Below are positions 1-12,557 of a stretch of 64,000 nucleotides of DNA, in pieces; the stretch's first letter is position 1; every line of letters begins with the position of its first letter. Source of the stretch: Ranitomeya imitator (taxonomy: Eukaryota); contig NC_091282.1 of NCBI RefSeq assembly GCF_032444005.1, forward strand, positions 1,103,662,001 through 1,103,726,000, given 5' to 3'. The translations under genes and the position numbers were made by a program. A model generated the notes under the pieces. It was not told the DNA's origin. It was given only the letters and a program-made list of their open reading frames with translations, and did not search any database.

Positions 1-1045
1 TTCAATATGGTGGAGATTAATCCTGGAAAGAACCTTTTTGACTGGATAGTGCCCTCAAGTTCCATGCTGTTAGATGTAAGCCTTTAATTTGAGAGTAAGA
101 AACTGGACCCAGAGTAAGAAGGTCCGCGATCGCCAACAGGATCCATGGATTGGACACAGACATTACCCTCATTGAAAGAAAAACCCATGTCCTTTTCAGA
201 CAAAATGGAGCCATCAAAAATCAAATATATATATATTACACACATACATTCACCTCTGTCTTTAAGGCCAATTATTCCTCGGAGGACCTTTTGATGGGTG
301 TTTTAAAGTCTGTGGACTATGGAGGACTCTGACAATTTTAATTTTCAGGCCTGTCCTTTCCAAAATCCAATTGCTGTAAGACCGGTTATACTAGGCATGG
401 ATGAAGAGGGAAAGCCTCCCCCCACTCTCTCCCCCCAACACCTGAGGATTGGCATCATTGGGAAGATTTTTTTGCTCCTTGAAAGAAAAGGGACCACCGA
501 ACATAAATCCAGGATTTTTTCTGTTTATCTTACAATTTCCTTTTTTCTCCTGGAGGACGTCCTCCATTAAAGTATATATTTTCTCCTCTAAAAAAAGGAC
601 CCCCTCTGTTTTTTGTGCTTAAAATCCAAACAAAAAAAAACAAATCTCCAGGTTTTACGAATATGGCATACATTTTTTTGCCAAATAAAAATTGCCCGTC
701 GCAAGGAATAGAGCAGAATGTATTTTTTTGTCTGGAAGTCCCCTGGGCAGCCTTTAAGCCATAAGGCCCACCTAGCCGCATTTGACAAGCCTACAGACCT
801 TGCCACTAGCCGGGCAGAACCTGCTGATTCATCTGCTAAAAATGCTGACCTTCCTTGCATTCACGGCAGGTTAGCCAGAATTCTATCTCTCAAGGGGGTT
901 TAGCCTTTAGATCTTCCAATTGCTGCAGCCAAATCATTAGGGAACGAGCAGTACAGGTCCTCACAATTGCTGATTTCAAACCCCCCCACTGCAGCTTCCC
1001 ACGTGTGCCTCAAGTAACCTTCTGCCTTTCTAGCCAGAGGATCTC
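1..1045 (-). mobile_element. Old degenerate L1/Tx1-clade LINE fragment (ORF1 zinc-knuckle region and start of ORF2 endonuclease)
   Basis: Minus strand reads LHLTAWNLRALSSQK (like the APE N-terminal WNVRGL) near 40-90 and a decayed VCRLVKCG*VGLMA knuckle near 760-800. Many stops. Pieces at 1773-1967, 13516-13773 and 14110-14560 may belong to the same element. Confidence 0.5.
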
Positions 1046-1048
1046 TTA

Positions 1049-1769
1049 AGGTACCGTCACATTTAGCGACGCTGCAGTGATATAGACAACGATGCCGATC
1101 GCTGCAGCGTCGCTGTTTGGTCGCTGGAGAGCTGTCACACAGACAGCCTCCAGCGACCAACGATGCCAAAGTCCCTGGGTAACCAGGGTAAACATCGGGT
1201 TACTAAGCGCAGGGCCGCGCTTAGTAACCCGATATTTACCCTGGTTACCATTGTAAAAGTAAAAAACACTACATACTTACATTCCTGTTGCGTCCCCCGG
1301 CATCAGCTTCCCTGCACGGTGTGAGCGCTGGCCGGAAAGCAGAGCGGTGACGTCACCGCTGTGCTCTGCTTTACGGCCGTCCGGCGCTGACACTGGGGGA
1401 CGCAGGGAAGCCGACGCTGGGGAACGTGACAGGAATGTAAGTATGTAGTGTTTTTTTGTTTTTTTTTTACAATGGTAACCAGGGTAAACATCGGGTTACT
1501 AAGCACGGCCCTGCGCTTAGTAACCCGATGTTTACCCTGGTTACCAGTGAAGACATTGCTGGATCGGCGTCACACACGCCGATTCAGCGATGTCAGCAGG
1601 TGATCCAGCGACGAAATAAAGTTCTGGACTTTCAGCAAAGACCAGCGATGTCACAGCAGGATCCTGATCGCTGCTGCGTGTCAAACACAACGATATCGCT
1701 ATCCAGGACGCTGCAACGTCACGGATCGCTATCGTTATCGCTCTAAAGTCGCTAAATGTGACGGTACCC
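1049..1769. mobile_element. PIF/Harbinger-type MITE
   Basis: TIRs GGTACCGTCACATTTAGCGAC at both ends, TTA duplicated on both flanks, internal inverted blocks. Confidence 0.85.
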
Positions 1770-1975
1770 TTAGAATACCAGTATCCTCAAAGGGCTTCTC
1801 TCAGAGACGGTCACCCCTATTCTGGGGACTTTGTTGCACGACTCTCCTTCTCCTCTGAGCATGAGGGTAGGGTTCTGTTTTTTCTGGCTTTTTCCATTCC
1901 TTGTTAAAAAGTGTTTGTATTCAGCTATTAATAGGAAAAGTACATTTCTTGCTCCAAACATTACATCCTCTAGGG

Positions 1976-2137
1976 CAGGGGTCCCCAACTCCAGTCCTCA
2001 AGGCCCACCAACATGTCATGTTTTCAGGATTTCCTTAGTCTTGCCCAGGTAATAATTGCATCACCTGTGCAATGCAAAGGAAATCCTGAAAACATGACCT
2101 GTTGGTGGGCCTTGAGGACTGGAGTTGGGGACCCCTG
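1976..2137. mobile_element. hAT-type palindromic MITE
   Basis: TIR CAGGGGTCCCCAACTCCAGTCCTCAAGG; 8-bp TSD ctctaggg/cactaggg. Confidence 0.85.
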
Positions 2138-2590
2138 CACTAGGGATTTGGCAATCTTTAACCCCTTTCTGCCAGATGACTGAATAGTACATCAGCTGGT
2201 AGTATCCCCCCGCTTTGAGGTGGGCTGTGGTGGTGAGCCCACCTCAAAGCCGCAACATGTCAGCTGTTTTCAACAGCTGACATTTGCCGGCAATGGGCAG
2301 GAGCGGAATCGCGATCCGCCCGCCCCCATTAACTAGTTAAATGCCACTGTCAAACTGACAGCGGCATTTAACAAGCGCTGCCGGCCATAAGTACGTGCAC
2401 CGCTGACCCCCGTCACGTGACCCCCGTCACGTGATCGGGGGGTAATCGGTGCTTTACCATTACAACCAGATGTCTCCGAGACCTCTATGGTTGTTGGATG
2501 GCAGATTGCTGTGAGCGCCACCCTGTGGTCGACACTCATAGCAATGCTGTAATTCTGCTGCATAGAGGTGATCTGTGCATCACCTCGATG

Positions 2591-3719
2591 TAAACAGCAA
2601 AAAACACCATACCAATATGCAGGTGAAGATGAGGCATAGGCATACATTTAAAAATATATATATTATTAAGGCATAAATAAAATAACATAAGACAAGGAAT
2701 TTCAATAAAAAAAAACTGATGGCAAGCAGGAATAACAACCAATATATAATGGGTAAAGCCACTCTAGAGATACCATATCATACTGCTGTACAAATATTAA
2801 GGCATGCATTATGACCAAAACCGGACTATAAACGCATGATATATTAATGGACACAAAGCTAGCTAGAAGCTGATAAAGTGTGAGTGGAGGATAGAGAAAA
2901 ATACATACTGCTCACAGGGGCATGTATAACTATAGTAAGAGCCTAAGATACGGGGCTTCTAATCCTCCAGCAGGTGTAACCACAAATAAAAGCAAGCTCA
3001 ACAAATGTGTCTAACACAGCAGAACAATGCGATAGTGACCAGTCTGTGGAACAACATTCCTTATAGACCAATCCATTAGTAACGGTTCTATAAAGAGGCA
3101 ATAGTAACTTGCATATTAAAGTGTCTCAATGCTGCGTGCCCACCAGTAACCCCGACAGCGCCGTTTCGCCTTGTGACTTCTTCCAAACGGGGGCATGCCC
3201 GGTTACTATTGCCTCTTTATAGAACCGTTACTAATGGATTGGTCTGTAAGGAATGTTGTTCCACAGACTGGTCACTATCGCATTGTTCTGCTGTGTTAGA
3301 CACATTTGTTGAGCTTGCTTTTATTTGTGGTTACACCTGCTGGAGGATTAGAAGCCCCGTATCTTAGGCTCTTACTATAGTTATACATGCCCCTGTGAGC
3401 AGTATGTATTTTTCTCTATCCTCCACTCACACTTTATCAGCTTCTAGCTAGCTTTATGTGTCCATTAATATATCATGCGTTTATTCCGGTTTTGGTCATA
3501 ATGCATGCCTTAATATTTGTACAGCAGTATGATATGGTATCTCTAGAGTGGCTTTACCCATTATATATTGGTTGTTATTCCTGCTTGCCATCAGTTTTTT
3601 ATTGAAATTCCTTGTCTTGTTATGTTATTTTATTTATGCTTTAATAACATATATATTTTTAAATGTATGCCTATGCCTCATCTTCACCTGCATATTGGTA
3701 TGGTGTTTTTTGCTGTTTA
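2591..3719. repeat. Long near-perfect inverted repeat (~518-bp arms, ~93-bp spacer), Penelope-type palindromic insertion
   Basis: 2591-3108 is the reverse complement of 3202-3719; the same ORF (MALPIIYWLLFLLAISF) appears at 2580..2762(-) and 3548..3733(+). A hammerhead-like motif lies in the spacer. Confidence 0.85.
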
Positions 3720-3872
3720 ATAGTGTTTTTTGAGGTGGCAAGTCCACTGGTGGATTCTTTGGTTATGTATATCACCTCTGTAGCAGAGGCAATCGAGAAG
3801 TGCATGCTTCTATTGGGAGGCTATTAAAGCATGCCAAAATTGAAGGGGGGGGGGGGGGGGGGAGTGTTTAAA

Positions 3873-6800
3873 AAATAGGGATTTTTGTGTACTCACCGTA
3901 AAATCCTTTTCTCCGAGCCATTCATTGGGGGACACAGACCGTGGGTGTATGCTGCTGCCAATAGGAGGCTGACACTAAGTGATACAAAAAAAGTTAGCTC
4001 CTCCCCTGCAGTATACACCCTCCTGCTGGCTCTCAGCTAACCAGTTCGGTGCAAAAGCAGTAGGAGATCAATAACAATATATGAGCGTATAGCAGGTCAT
4101 ATTATATATGAGAGTATAGCATGTCAGATTATAAAAAACAATCATAAGCTAATAACAGGGTGGGAGCTGTGTCCCCCAATGAATGGCTCGGAGAAAAGGA
4201 TTTTACGGTGAGTACACAAAAATCCCTATTTCTCCTTCGCCTCATTGGGGGACACAGACCGTGGGACGTCCCAAAGCAGTCCCTGGGTGGGGACAACAAC
4301 AGACCAGGCCCTGTGTAACCGCTACTTACAAGTGCGCCACCGCGGCCTCCAGAGTCCGCCTGCCCAGACTCACATCTGTGGAAGTGTGGGAATTATAGTG
4401 CTTCAAGAATGCATGCGGACTGGACGAACCCACAAGCTTGCAGGCGTGCCTTGCTGACGCCTGGTGCCTAGAACCCTTGATAGACAGTGAGATAGGCTGA
4501 CATCTAGCACGGAAGGACTCCTGGATGGTGAAAAGAATTCACCATGTTATCATGGTCGATGAAACGGCTAAACCCTTCCTGAAAATGTCAGGAAGCCTTC
4601 CTCTACCGTCAGGAAGCCCAAATAAAACGTCCAACCTTCAGAAGGACGCCGTCCTCAAGACGTACCTACTCAGAGCACTCACTTCGTCCAGAATATGGGG
4701 GATCTTATTCCATTTTGTGGACTGGAGCCAAAAGAGATGAGGGAAGAACTATGCCCTCATAACAGTGGTAATACAGTACCACCTTGGTAACAAGGGATGG
4801 AGATGGCCTGAGGACAACCTTGCCTCGAAGGAAATAAGGGAAAAAAGTCTGAAAGAGCAGAGAAGCTAGCTCCGAAGACTCAGAGTGAGAATATCGCAGA
4901 GGAGAACGGGACGACTTTCCCTGATAGTAAAGTCTGCCCGGATGAAAAAAGGAGCCTACTGTAAGGCTCCTAGGAATAATAAGGTCCCAATGATCTAACG
5001 GTATGCGATAGGGAAGAACTACGTGTGAAAACTCCCTGTGAGAAAGTCCCTACTTGCGGTTGTGCTGCGATAAGGCGAGAAGATACTAGCTCCGCAAACA
5101 AAAAAAACGGACGTGGTCAGTGCGGATCTCTGAGGATCACTGGGGCCCCTTTCTGCTTCCGAAAGGCTTTCGGAAGCAGTGGAAGGAGAGTTATGGAAAC
5201 TGGTACCACGGCAGAACCAGAGCATGGAGAGCGATGGCTCTTGGATCTCGAGGCCGAACCACGAACTCGAGTACATTGGCCTTCAGTCTGGATGTCATCC
5301 CACCTACAACTGGAGAGCTCCAGTAAGGACAGATCTGATGGAAGACTTCGGGGTGAAGTTCCCACTGACTTGAGGCGGAACCCTGGCGGCTGAATTTGTT
5401 TGCCGTTCAGAGTTCTACTTCTGGGATATATACTGCCGAGATCACCGAATAATAGACTTCGGCCCATCAGAGAAAGTGAGGTACCTCGGTCACGGCGCCT
5501 GACCGTGGGTACCTGCTAGATGACTGACGTAAGGCACCGCCGTGGCATTATCCAATTGAATTCGGATAGGGAGACCCGCCAGAAGGCAGTGGACCTGCTG
5601 TAAGACTACCGTTCGGATCTCCAGAACAATGATGGGGAGAAGACTGGCATTGGAAGTTACTAATAACCATTGAACCGGGAGAAAGGCCCTGGATGAAGAA
5701 GGAGCTCAGAGACTATTGTCTGAAAGTCTGTTTGACTTGCTGAAAACGAGCGGAGCGAAGGAAACCGTTTCCATTGTCGTCACCATTTTTGCTCAGAACT
5801 CTCTTAGCAAATCGAATGAAATGAGGGGGTGAGTAATCAAGTCCTCAGAACTCTCCTTGCGCGAGCTCCCTGTTGAAGGGCCATGACCTTGTCTCGAGGA
5901 AGAATTACCATCCTTCTAAAAGTGTGCAGGATCATCCTCAAAGGATATCTGCTGGGCTGGAAATGAGGAAAACTTGTCTAAGTGTAGCTGCCAGCCCAGG
6001 AGAGAAGGTATCGCAAGAGATATAGACTCAGCGTAGTCCTGGAAGGGCGGCTAGACAGACCAAACAGGGCAGGACGAGCACGCCTCTAGAGTGCAAAAGA
6101 AACATGACATCCGCCATGACCCGAGCGAACACTCTGGGTGCGGAAGCAAGGCCGAAGGACAAGGTTGTGACTTGAAAATGCTGTTGACGAATGGAAAGGC
6201 GAAGGAATTTTTGCAGAGGGCCAGCAACCCGAATGTCGATGGATGCCGGAAACTGCACCTTTTTCTGTTGAAGTAATGGCTGAGCGGAGGGACTCCATCC
6301 AAAGAAGGAGGACCATGTCAAAGGTTGTTAGAAGTTTGAGGTCCAGGGTCGATCTTACTTTTCGTTCCCCTCTTTGGAACCAAGATCCCTTAGATCTAGA
6401 CTGTGCTGGACAATCCTTATACAATCCTTTATCAGTCTCCCGCTCAAAAGATTTGATTGGCCAGTTGTTGCTGGTGTGAATCAAGGTAGTTAAGGTCTCC
6501 AGCCAGGAGACCATTGCTCTAGCAATCCATGCGGCCGCTAGGGAGGATAGAGCGCTGGACCCGAAGCCGCAAGACGGAACGAACCAGATTTGCTATCTGA
6601 CAGTCCGTGGTATTTTTAATTGATGACCCATCAGGTAGGGATACTGGTAGGTATACCACAGGAGATTCTACCCGGTTAAACTGCCCCATGGCAGAATGTG
6701 CGGCTGCATCCAGCAGGTCATAGTCTCTTGCCATTTCCTCTTTTCACGGTGCAGAGATAAAAATTAGGAACCCTCGATCCATCAACCTCTTAACAGGGAA

Positions 6801-8803
6801 GTGGAGAGGAATTGTCCGCCCTCTTGCATCATCCACTAAATAGTGGTGATGCAGAGGGGGGAGCTCGTACGCCAAAAAGGGTGCCTCTATATGTCCACAG
6901 AGTTCAGGTCTCCAGGTGGACAGGACAGGTTGTCTGGCGTTAGGCCTGGATGCAGAAGAGGAAACAGAGACGACACTCCGTGTGCTCGTCTGTTGATGGT
7001 GTGGGGAGATCGGTGCCCTTTAAAGGACCCGTCGCCCTTAAAAAAACAGGCCAGGCATGGCATCCCACGTAGAGGCTTCTGTCCAGTGAATCGCTTACCC
7101 GAATTGAATGGCAAATGCTCTCGAGGGAGTTTAGTCTCTGAAGCTCTGGCAAGCTCAGGCAATATCCAATCCATATTCAGAGCATTGTTGTCATCAAATC
7201 ATTGGTGAGGGAGCAGAAAACGAAAAACTTCAGTTTTCTAGATGCCTGTATGTTTCTAGATGCCTGCACGTTTCTTTAATACTTGCGGCCCCTGCTAGCC
7301 GACGGCTCCCATGTAGGATAGGGACCATGTATATTGGTCCTGCGAGCACTCCAAACACAGAGGGTACACAGAGGGATTCAATCTCTTGGTCCGAGAACCA
7401 TGGATTGGTCAGTGAAGAATTCCACTGAGGGGAACTAGAGGATAAAGCTGGGGTCGGCGGCAGAGGGCTCCTCGGACTGATCAAGCGCCTTTAAGACCAG
7501 GGAATACTGGTCATACGCCTTTAAGACCAGGAAATACTGGTCATGCACCTTTAAGACCAGGGAACCCTGGTCATGCGCCTTTAAGACCAGGGAATACTGG
7601 CCATATGCCTTTAAGACCAGGGAATATTGGTCATGCGCCTTTAAGACCAGGGAATACTGGCCATATGCCTTTAAGACCAGGGAATACTGGTCATGTGCCT
7701 TTAAGACCAGGTACTTCCTTACCCGGGTACTGATGTAGAGTCGATGTGCCCCTTTAATGCAAAAATACTGTCACCCCAGTGTGAGCTGGCCGGGTGGACC
7801 AAGATGGCCACCGGGAGCTGCAGAGTTGATAAAATCTCGCAGAGAGCGAGAAGCGCCAATTTGGGGGGCGGAGCCACAGTTGAATAGGCCTAAGCCGGGG
7901 CCTAAATTTCTGTAGCCGGCGGAAGTCACCAGTAGGTAGTTCCAGGCAAGACTTCCAGGATGCGGCCTACAAATCGGCCGAAGCCAGGGGCTAAATTTTT
8001 GCAGCCATCCAGAGCGTTACCTCAGGGAGGTGGGCCACAGGGAAGTGGCTGAGGCTGCCTGTCAGCATGTGGGATATCCCTCTGATGATGGATCCACTCA
8101 CCATTGGTGCGCATCCCGGCATGGAGCCGCCGCGGATGTGGGTTTCAGCGCTGTTCTGTGCAGCGTGGACGGTGCAGGGATAAGCCTCAATCCATCATCC
8201 GTTTGTTAGGGAGGTGGAGAGGAACCGTCCGCCTCCTTGTGCCATCCGCTTTCACAGTGGTGGGACACTGGGGGCTGCTCGGACGCCATAGAGAGGGGCC
8301 TCTGTACAGCCACGGAGTTCAGTCCGGGTGGACAGGGCCAGTTGTCCGGCATTAGGCCTGGCTCCAGGGAGGCGACACTCCATGTGGTCGCCTGCTGCTG
8401 GTGTGGGGAGATCGGGACCATGAAAGGAACAGTTGCCCCTGAAGTGAGCTCAGGCATGGCTTCCCACGTCGCAGGAAAGGGTACGAGGAGGTATACTCGC
8501 CGTGCTCGCCTGTTGATGGTTCGGGGGAGATCGGAACCTTGAAAGGAACCATCGCCCCCTTCACTCCGTTAATTAAAAAATAAAAATTTATAGAAAAGTA
8601 AACAATAAAATAAAAACGTTGGGGTCTGAAACAGACCCATGTGCCTCCTACAGACACTAAGCAAGAACTGGTTAGCTGAGAGCCAGCAGGAGGGTGTATA
8701 CTGCAGGGGAGGAGATCACTTTTTTTGTATCACTTAGTGTCAGCCTCCTATTGGCAGCAGCATACACCCACGGTCTGTGTCCCCCAATGAGGCGAAGGAG
8801 AAA
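3873..8803 (-). mobile_element. DIRS1-type tyrosine-recombinase retrotransposon, degenerate
   Basis: Inverted terminal repeats and an internal complementary region (4167-4266) joining the complements of both termini. Decayed RT peptides FQVTTLSFGLASAPRVFARV and VRSTLDLKLL; no TSD. Confidence 0.9.
7487..7711. repeat. 30-bp minisatellite (GCCTTTAAGACCAGGGAATACTGGTCATAC)x7.5 inside the DIRS gag region
   Basis: Units start at 7487, 7517 ... 7697. Confidence 0.95.
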
Positions 8804-8917
8804 TATATATTAAAAAAAAAAAAATTATATAAAAAAAAGTTCAAATCACCCCCTTTCGCCCCAATCAAAATAAAAACTTAAACCTTCACATTTGGCATCA
8901 GTGTTCAGAATCGCCTG

Positions 8918-8955
<38 letters not shown>

Positions 8956-9711
8956 TAATCTGATTGCTAAACGGCGTAACGAGAAAAAAAATATCAAAAC
9001 GCCAAAATTACTTTTTTTGGTCGCCGCGACATTGCATTAAAATGCATCAACGGGTGATCAAAAGAATATATCTGCACAAACATGATATAATTTAAAAAAG
9101 TCAGCTCGGCGTGCAAAAAATAAGCCCTCACCCGACCCCAGATCATCAAAAATGGAGATGCTAGGGGTTTCGGAAAATTGTACAATTTTTTTTTTTTAAC
9201 CCCTTCATGACCCAGCCTATTTTGACCTTAATGACCTGGCCGTTTTTTGCAATTCTGACCAGTGTCCCTTTATGAGGTAATAACTCAGGAACGCTTCAAC
9301 GAATCCTAGCGGTTCTGAGATTGTTTTTTCGTGACATATTGGGCTTCATGTTAGTGGTAAATTTAGGTCAATAAATTCTGCTTTTATTTGTGATAAAAAC
9401 GGAAATTTGGCGAAAATTTTGCAATTTTCACATTTTGCATTTTTATTCTGTTAAACCAGAGAGTTATGTGACACAAAATAGTTAAATAACATTTCCCACA
9501 TGTCTACTTTAGGCTGGTTTCACACTTGCGTTTTAAAACGCAGCGTTTTTAACGCAAACGCATTTGATGCAAAAACGAGTTTAAAAGCATGCGTTTTTGC
9601 GTTTAAACGCGTTTTTCCCTGCGTTTGCGTTTTTGAAACGCATAATGAGAAGTGTGTGACAGCTGCCAATCATCAAAATCAACTAGAAAACCCACTATAA
9701 ACATAAATACT

Positions 9712-9957
9712 TAGGGTTAGGATCCCTAGTAACCCCTAGGGATCCTAACCCAAACCCTAACCCTAGGAATCCTAACCCAAACCCTAACCTTAGGGATCCT
9801 AACCCAAACCCTAACCCTAGGGATCCTAACCCAAAGCCTAACCCTAGGGATCCTAACCCAAAACCTAACCCTAGGGATCCTAACCCAAAGCCTAACCCTA
9901 GGGATCCTAACCCTAACACAAACTCTAACCCCAACCCTAAGGGTTAGGATCCCTAGG
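9712..9957. repeat. 30-bp minisatellite built from CCCTAA-like units (GGGATCCTAACCCAAACCCTAACCCTA...)
   Basis: Visible tandem array; produces the artefactual GLGFGLGSL ORF. Confidence 0.9.
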
Positions 9958-10065
9958 GTTACAGTTTGTGTTACAGTTTGTGTTACAGTTTGTGTTACAG
10001 TTTGTGTTACAGTTTGTGTTACAGTTTGTGTTACAGTTTGTGTTACAGTTTGTGTTACAGTTTGT
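9958..10065. repeat. (GTTACAGTTTGT)9 12-bp tandem repeat
   Basis: Perfect array. Confidence 0.95.
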
Positions 10066-11744
10066 AAGTGTGTATTCTTGTGTTTTTCTATAAAAACGCA
10101 TGCAAACGCATGTGCTTAAAAACGCATGCGTTTACATAGACATCAATAGGTTTTACCGCGAAAAAACGCATGCGTTTTTTTTTTGTGGCAAAAAAAACGC
10201 CGCTAAATGCCGCTAAAATTACAACATGTTGCATTTCTGCAACAAAACGCATGCAGAGAAAAAAACGCATGCGTTTTTAATGTTAAGTATAGGGAAAAAA
10301 AACGCATGTTTTTTTTTGCGTTTTTTACCGCAAAAAAAAAAAAAAACCGCAAATGTGGAACCACCTTTACATCAGCACAATTTTGGAAACAAAATGTTTT
10401 TTTTTTGCTAGGACGTTATAAGTGTTAAAATTTGACCAGCGATTTCTCATTTTTACAACGAAATTTACAAAACCATTTTTTTTTTTTTAGGGACCACCTC
10501 ACATTTGAAGTCAGTTTGAGGGGTCTACATGGCTGAAAATACCCAAAAGTGACACCATTCTAAAAACTGCACCCCTCAAGGTGCACAAAACCACATTCAA
10601 GAAGTTTATTAACCCTTCAGGTGCTTCACAGCAGCAGAAGCAACATGGAAGGAAAAATGAACATTTAACTTTTTAGTCACAAAAATTATCTTTTAGCAAC
10701 AATTTTTTAATTTTCCCGATTTTAAAAGGAGAAACTGAACCACGAAAGTTGTTGTCCAATTTGTCCTGAGTACACCGATACCTCATATGTGGGGGTAAAC
10801 CACTGTTTGGGCGCACGGCAGGGCTTGGAAGGGAAGGAGCGCCATTTGACTTTTTGAATGAAAAATTGGCTCCACTCTTTAGCGGACACCATGTCACGTT
10901 TGGAGAGCCCCTGTGTGTCTAAACATTGGAGCTCCCCCACAAGTGACCCCATTTTGGAAACTAGACGCCCCAAGGAACTTATCTAGATGCATAGTGAGCA
11001 CTTTGAACCCCCAGGTGCTTCACAAATTGATCCGTAGAAATGAATAAAGTACTTTTTTTTCACAAAAAAAATTCTTTTAGCCTCAATTTTTTCATTTTCA
11101 CATGGGCAACAGGATAAAATGGATCCTAAAATTTGTTGGGCAATTTCTCCTGAGTACACCGATACTTCACATGTGGGGGTAAACCACTGTTTGGGCACAC
11201 GGCAGGGCTCGGAAGGGAAGGCACGCCATTTGACTTTTTGAATGGAAAATTAGCTCCAATTGTTAGCGGACACCATGTCGCGTTTGGAGAGCCCCTGTGT
11301 GCCTAAACATTGGAGCTCCCCCACAAGTGACCCCATTTTGGAAACTAGACCCAGAAAGGAACTAATCTAGATGTGTGGTGAGCACTTTGAACCCCCAACT
11401 GCTTCACAGAAGTTTATAACGCAGAGCCATGAAAATAAAAAAAAAAAAAAATTTCTCTCAAAAATTATTTTTTTAGCCCACAATTTTTTATTTTCCCAAG
11501 GGTAACAGGACAAACTGCGCAACAATTACTGGGGTCGAATGTCTCCTGAGTATGCTGGTACCCCATATGTGGGGGTAAACCACTGTTTGGGCACACGCCG
11601 GGGCTCGGAAGTGAGGGAGCACCATTTGACTTTTTGAATACGAGATTGGCTGGAATCAATGGTGGCGCCATGTTGCGTTTGGAGACCCCTGATGTGCCTA
11701 AACAGTGGAAACCCCTCAATTCTACCTCCAACACTAACCACAAC

Positions 11745-11884
11745 ACACCCCTAACCCTAATCCCAACTGTAGCCATAACCCTAATCACAACCCTAACCCC
11801 AACACACCCCTAGCCACAACCCTAACCCCAACACACCCCTAACCACAACCCTAACCACAACCCTAATTCCAACCCTAACCCTAA
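11745..11884. repeat. Degenerate telomere-like (CCCTAA/CCCCAA/CCACAA)n tract, resuming at ~12560-12590
   Basis: CCCTAACCCTAA..., split by the MITE at 11885. Confidence 0.8.
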
Positions 11885-12557
11885 GGCTATGTGCCCACGT
11901 TGCGGATTCGTGTGAGATTTTTCAGCACCATTTTTGAAAAATCCAAGGGTAAAAGGCACTGCGTTTTACCTGCGGATTTACCGCGGATTTCCAGTGTTTT
12001 TTTGTGCGGATTTCACCTGCGGATTCCTATCACAATCCGCACAAAGAATTGACATGCAGCGAAAAATACAACGCAGCGTTTCCGCACGGTATTTTCCGCA
12101 CCATGGGCACAGCGGATTTGGTTTTCCATAGGTTTACATGGTACTGTAAACTTGATGGAACACTGCTGCGAATCCGCAGTGGCCAATCCGCTGCGAATCC
12201 GCAGCGGCCAATCCGCTGCGGATCCGCAGCCAAATCCGCACATAGCCCGCACACACTGCGGAAAACACTGTGGATCCGCAGCAGTTTCCCATGAGTTTAC
12301 AGTTCAAACAAAAATCGCTGTGCACATGCTGCAGAAAAACTGCACGGAAATGCAGCGGTTTACATTCCACAGCATGTCACTTCTTTCTGCGGATTCCGCA
12401 GCGGTTTTACAACTGCTCCAATAGAAAATCGCAGTTGTAAAACCGCAGTGAAATGCGCAGAAAAAACACGGTAAATCCGCCAGTGGATTTGATAAATCCG
12501 CACAGCTAAACCGCTGCGGAAAAATCCGCAGAGGACCAGAATATGTGTGCACATACC
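11885..12557. mobile_element. Harbinger-type MITE (GGCTATGTGCCCACG family, GCGGA-rich)
   Basis: TIRs GGCTATGTGCCCAC / GTGCACATACC; TAA left flank. Confidence 0.8.

Larger units (their letters stand above)
9512..10365. mobile_element. Harbinger-type MITE containing two tandem repeats
   Basis: TIR GGCTGGTTTCACACTTGCG / CGCAAATGTGGAACCACC; TTA flanks; host sequence rejoins across it. Confidence 0.75.

Noticed and set aside
7487-7711. Regular 30-bp repeats as a CRISPR array
   Set aside because: Head-to-tail with no unique spacers, no cas genes, eukaryotic context.
9695-9934. GLGFGLGSL-repeat ORF
   Set aside because: Translation of a CCCTAA-derived minisatellite inside a MITE.
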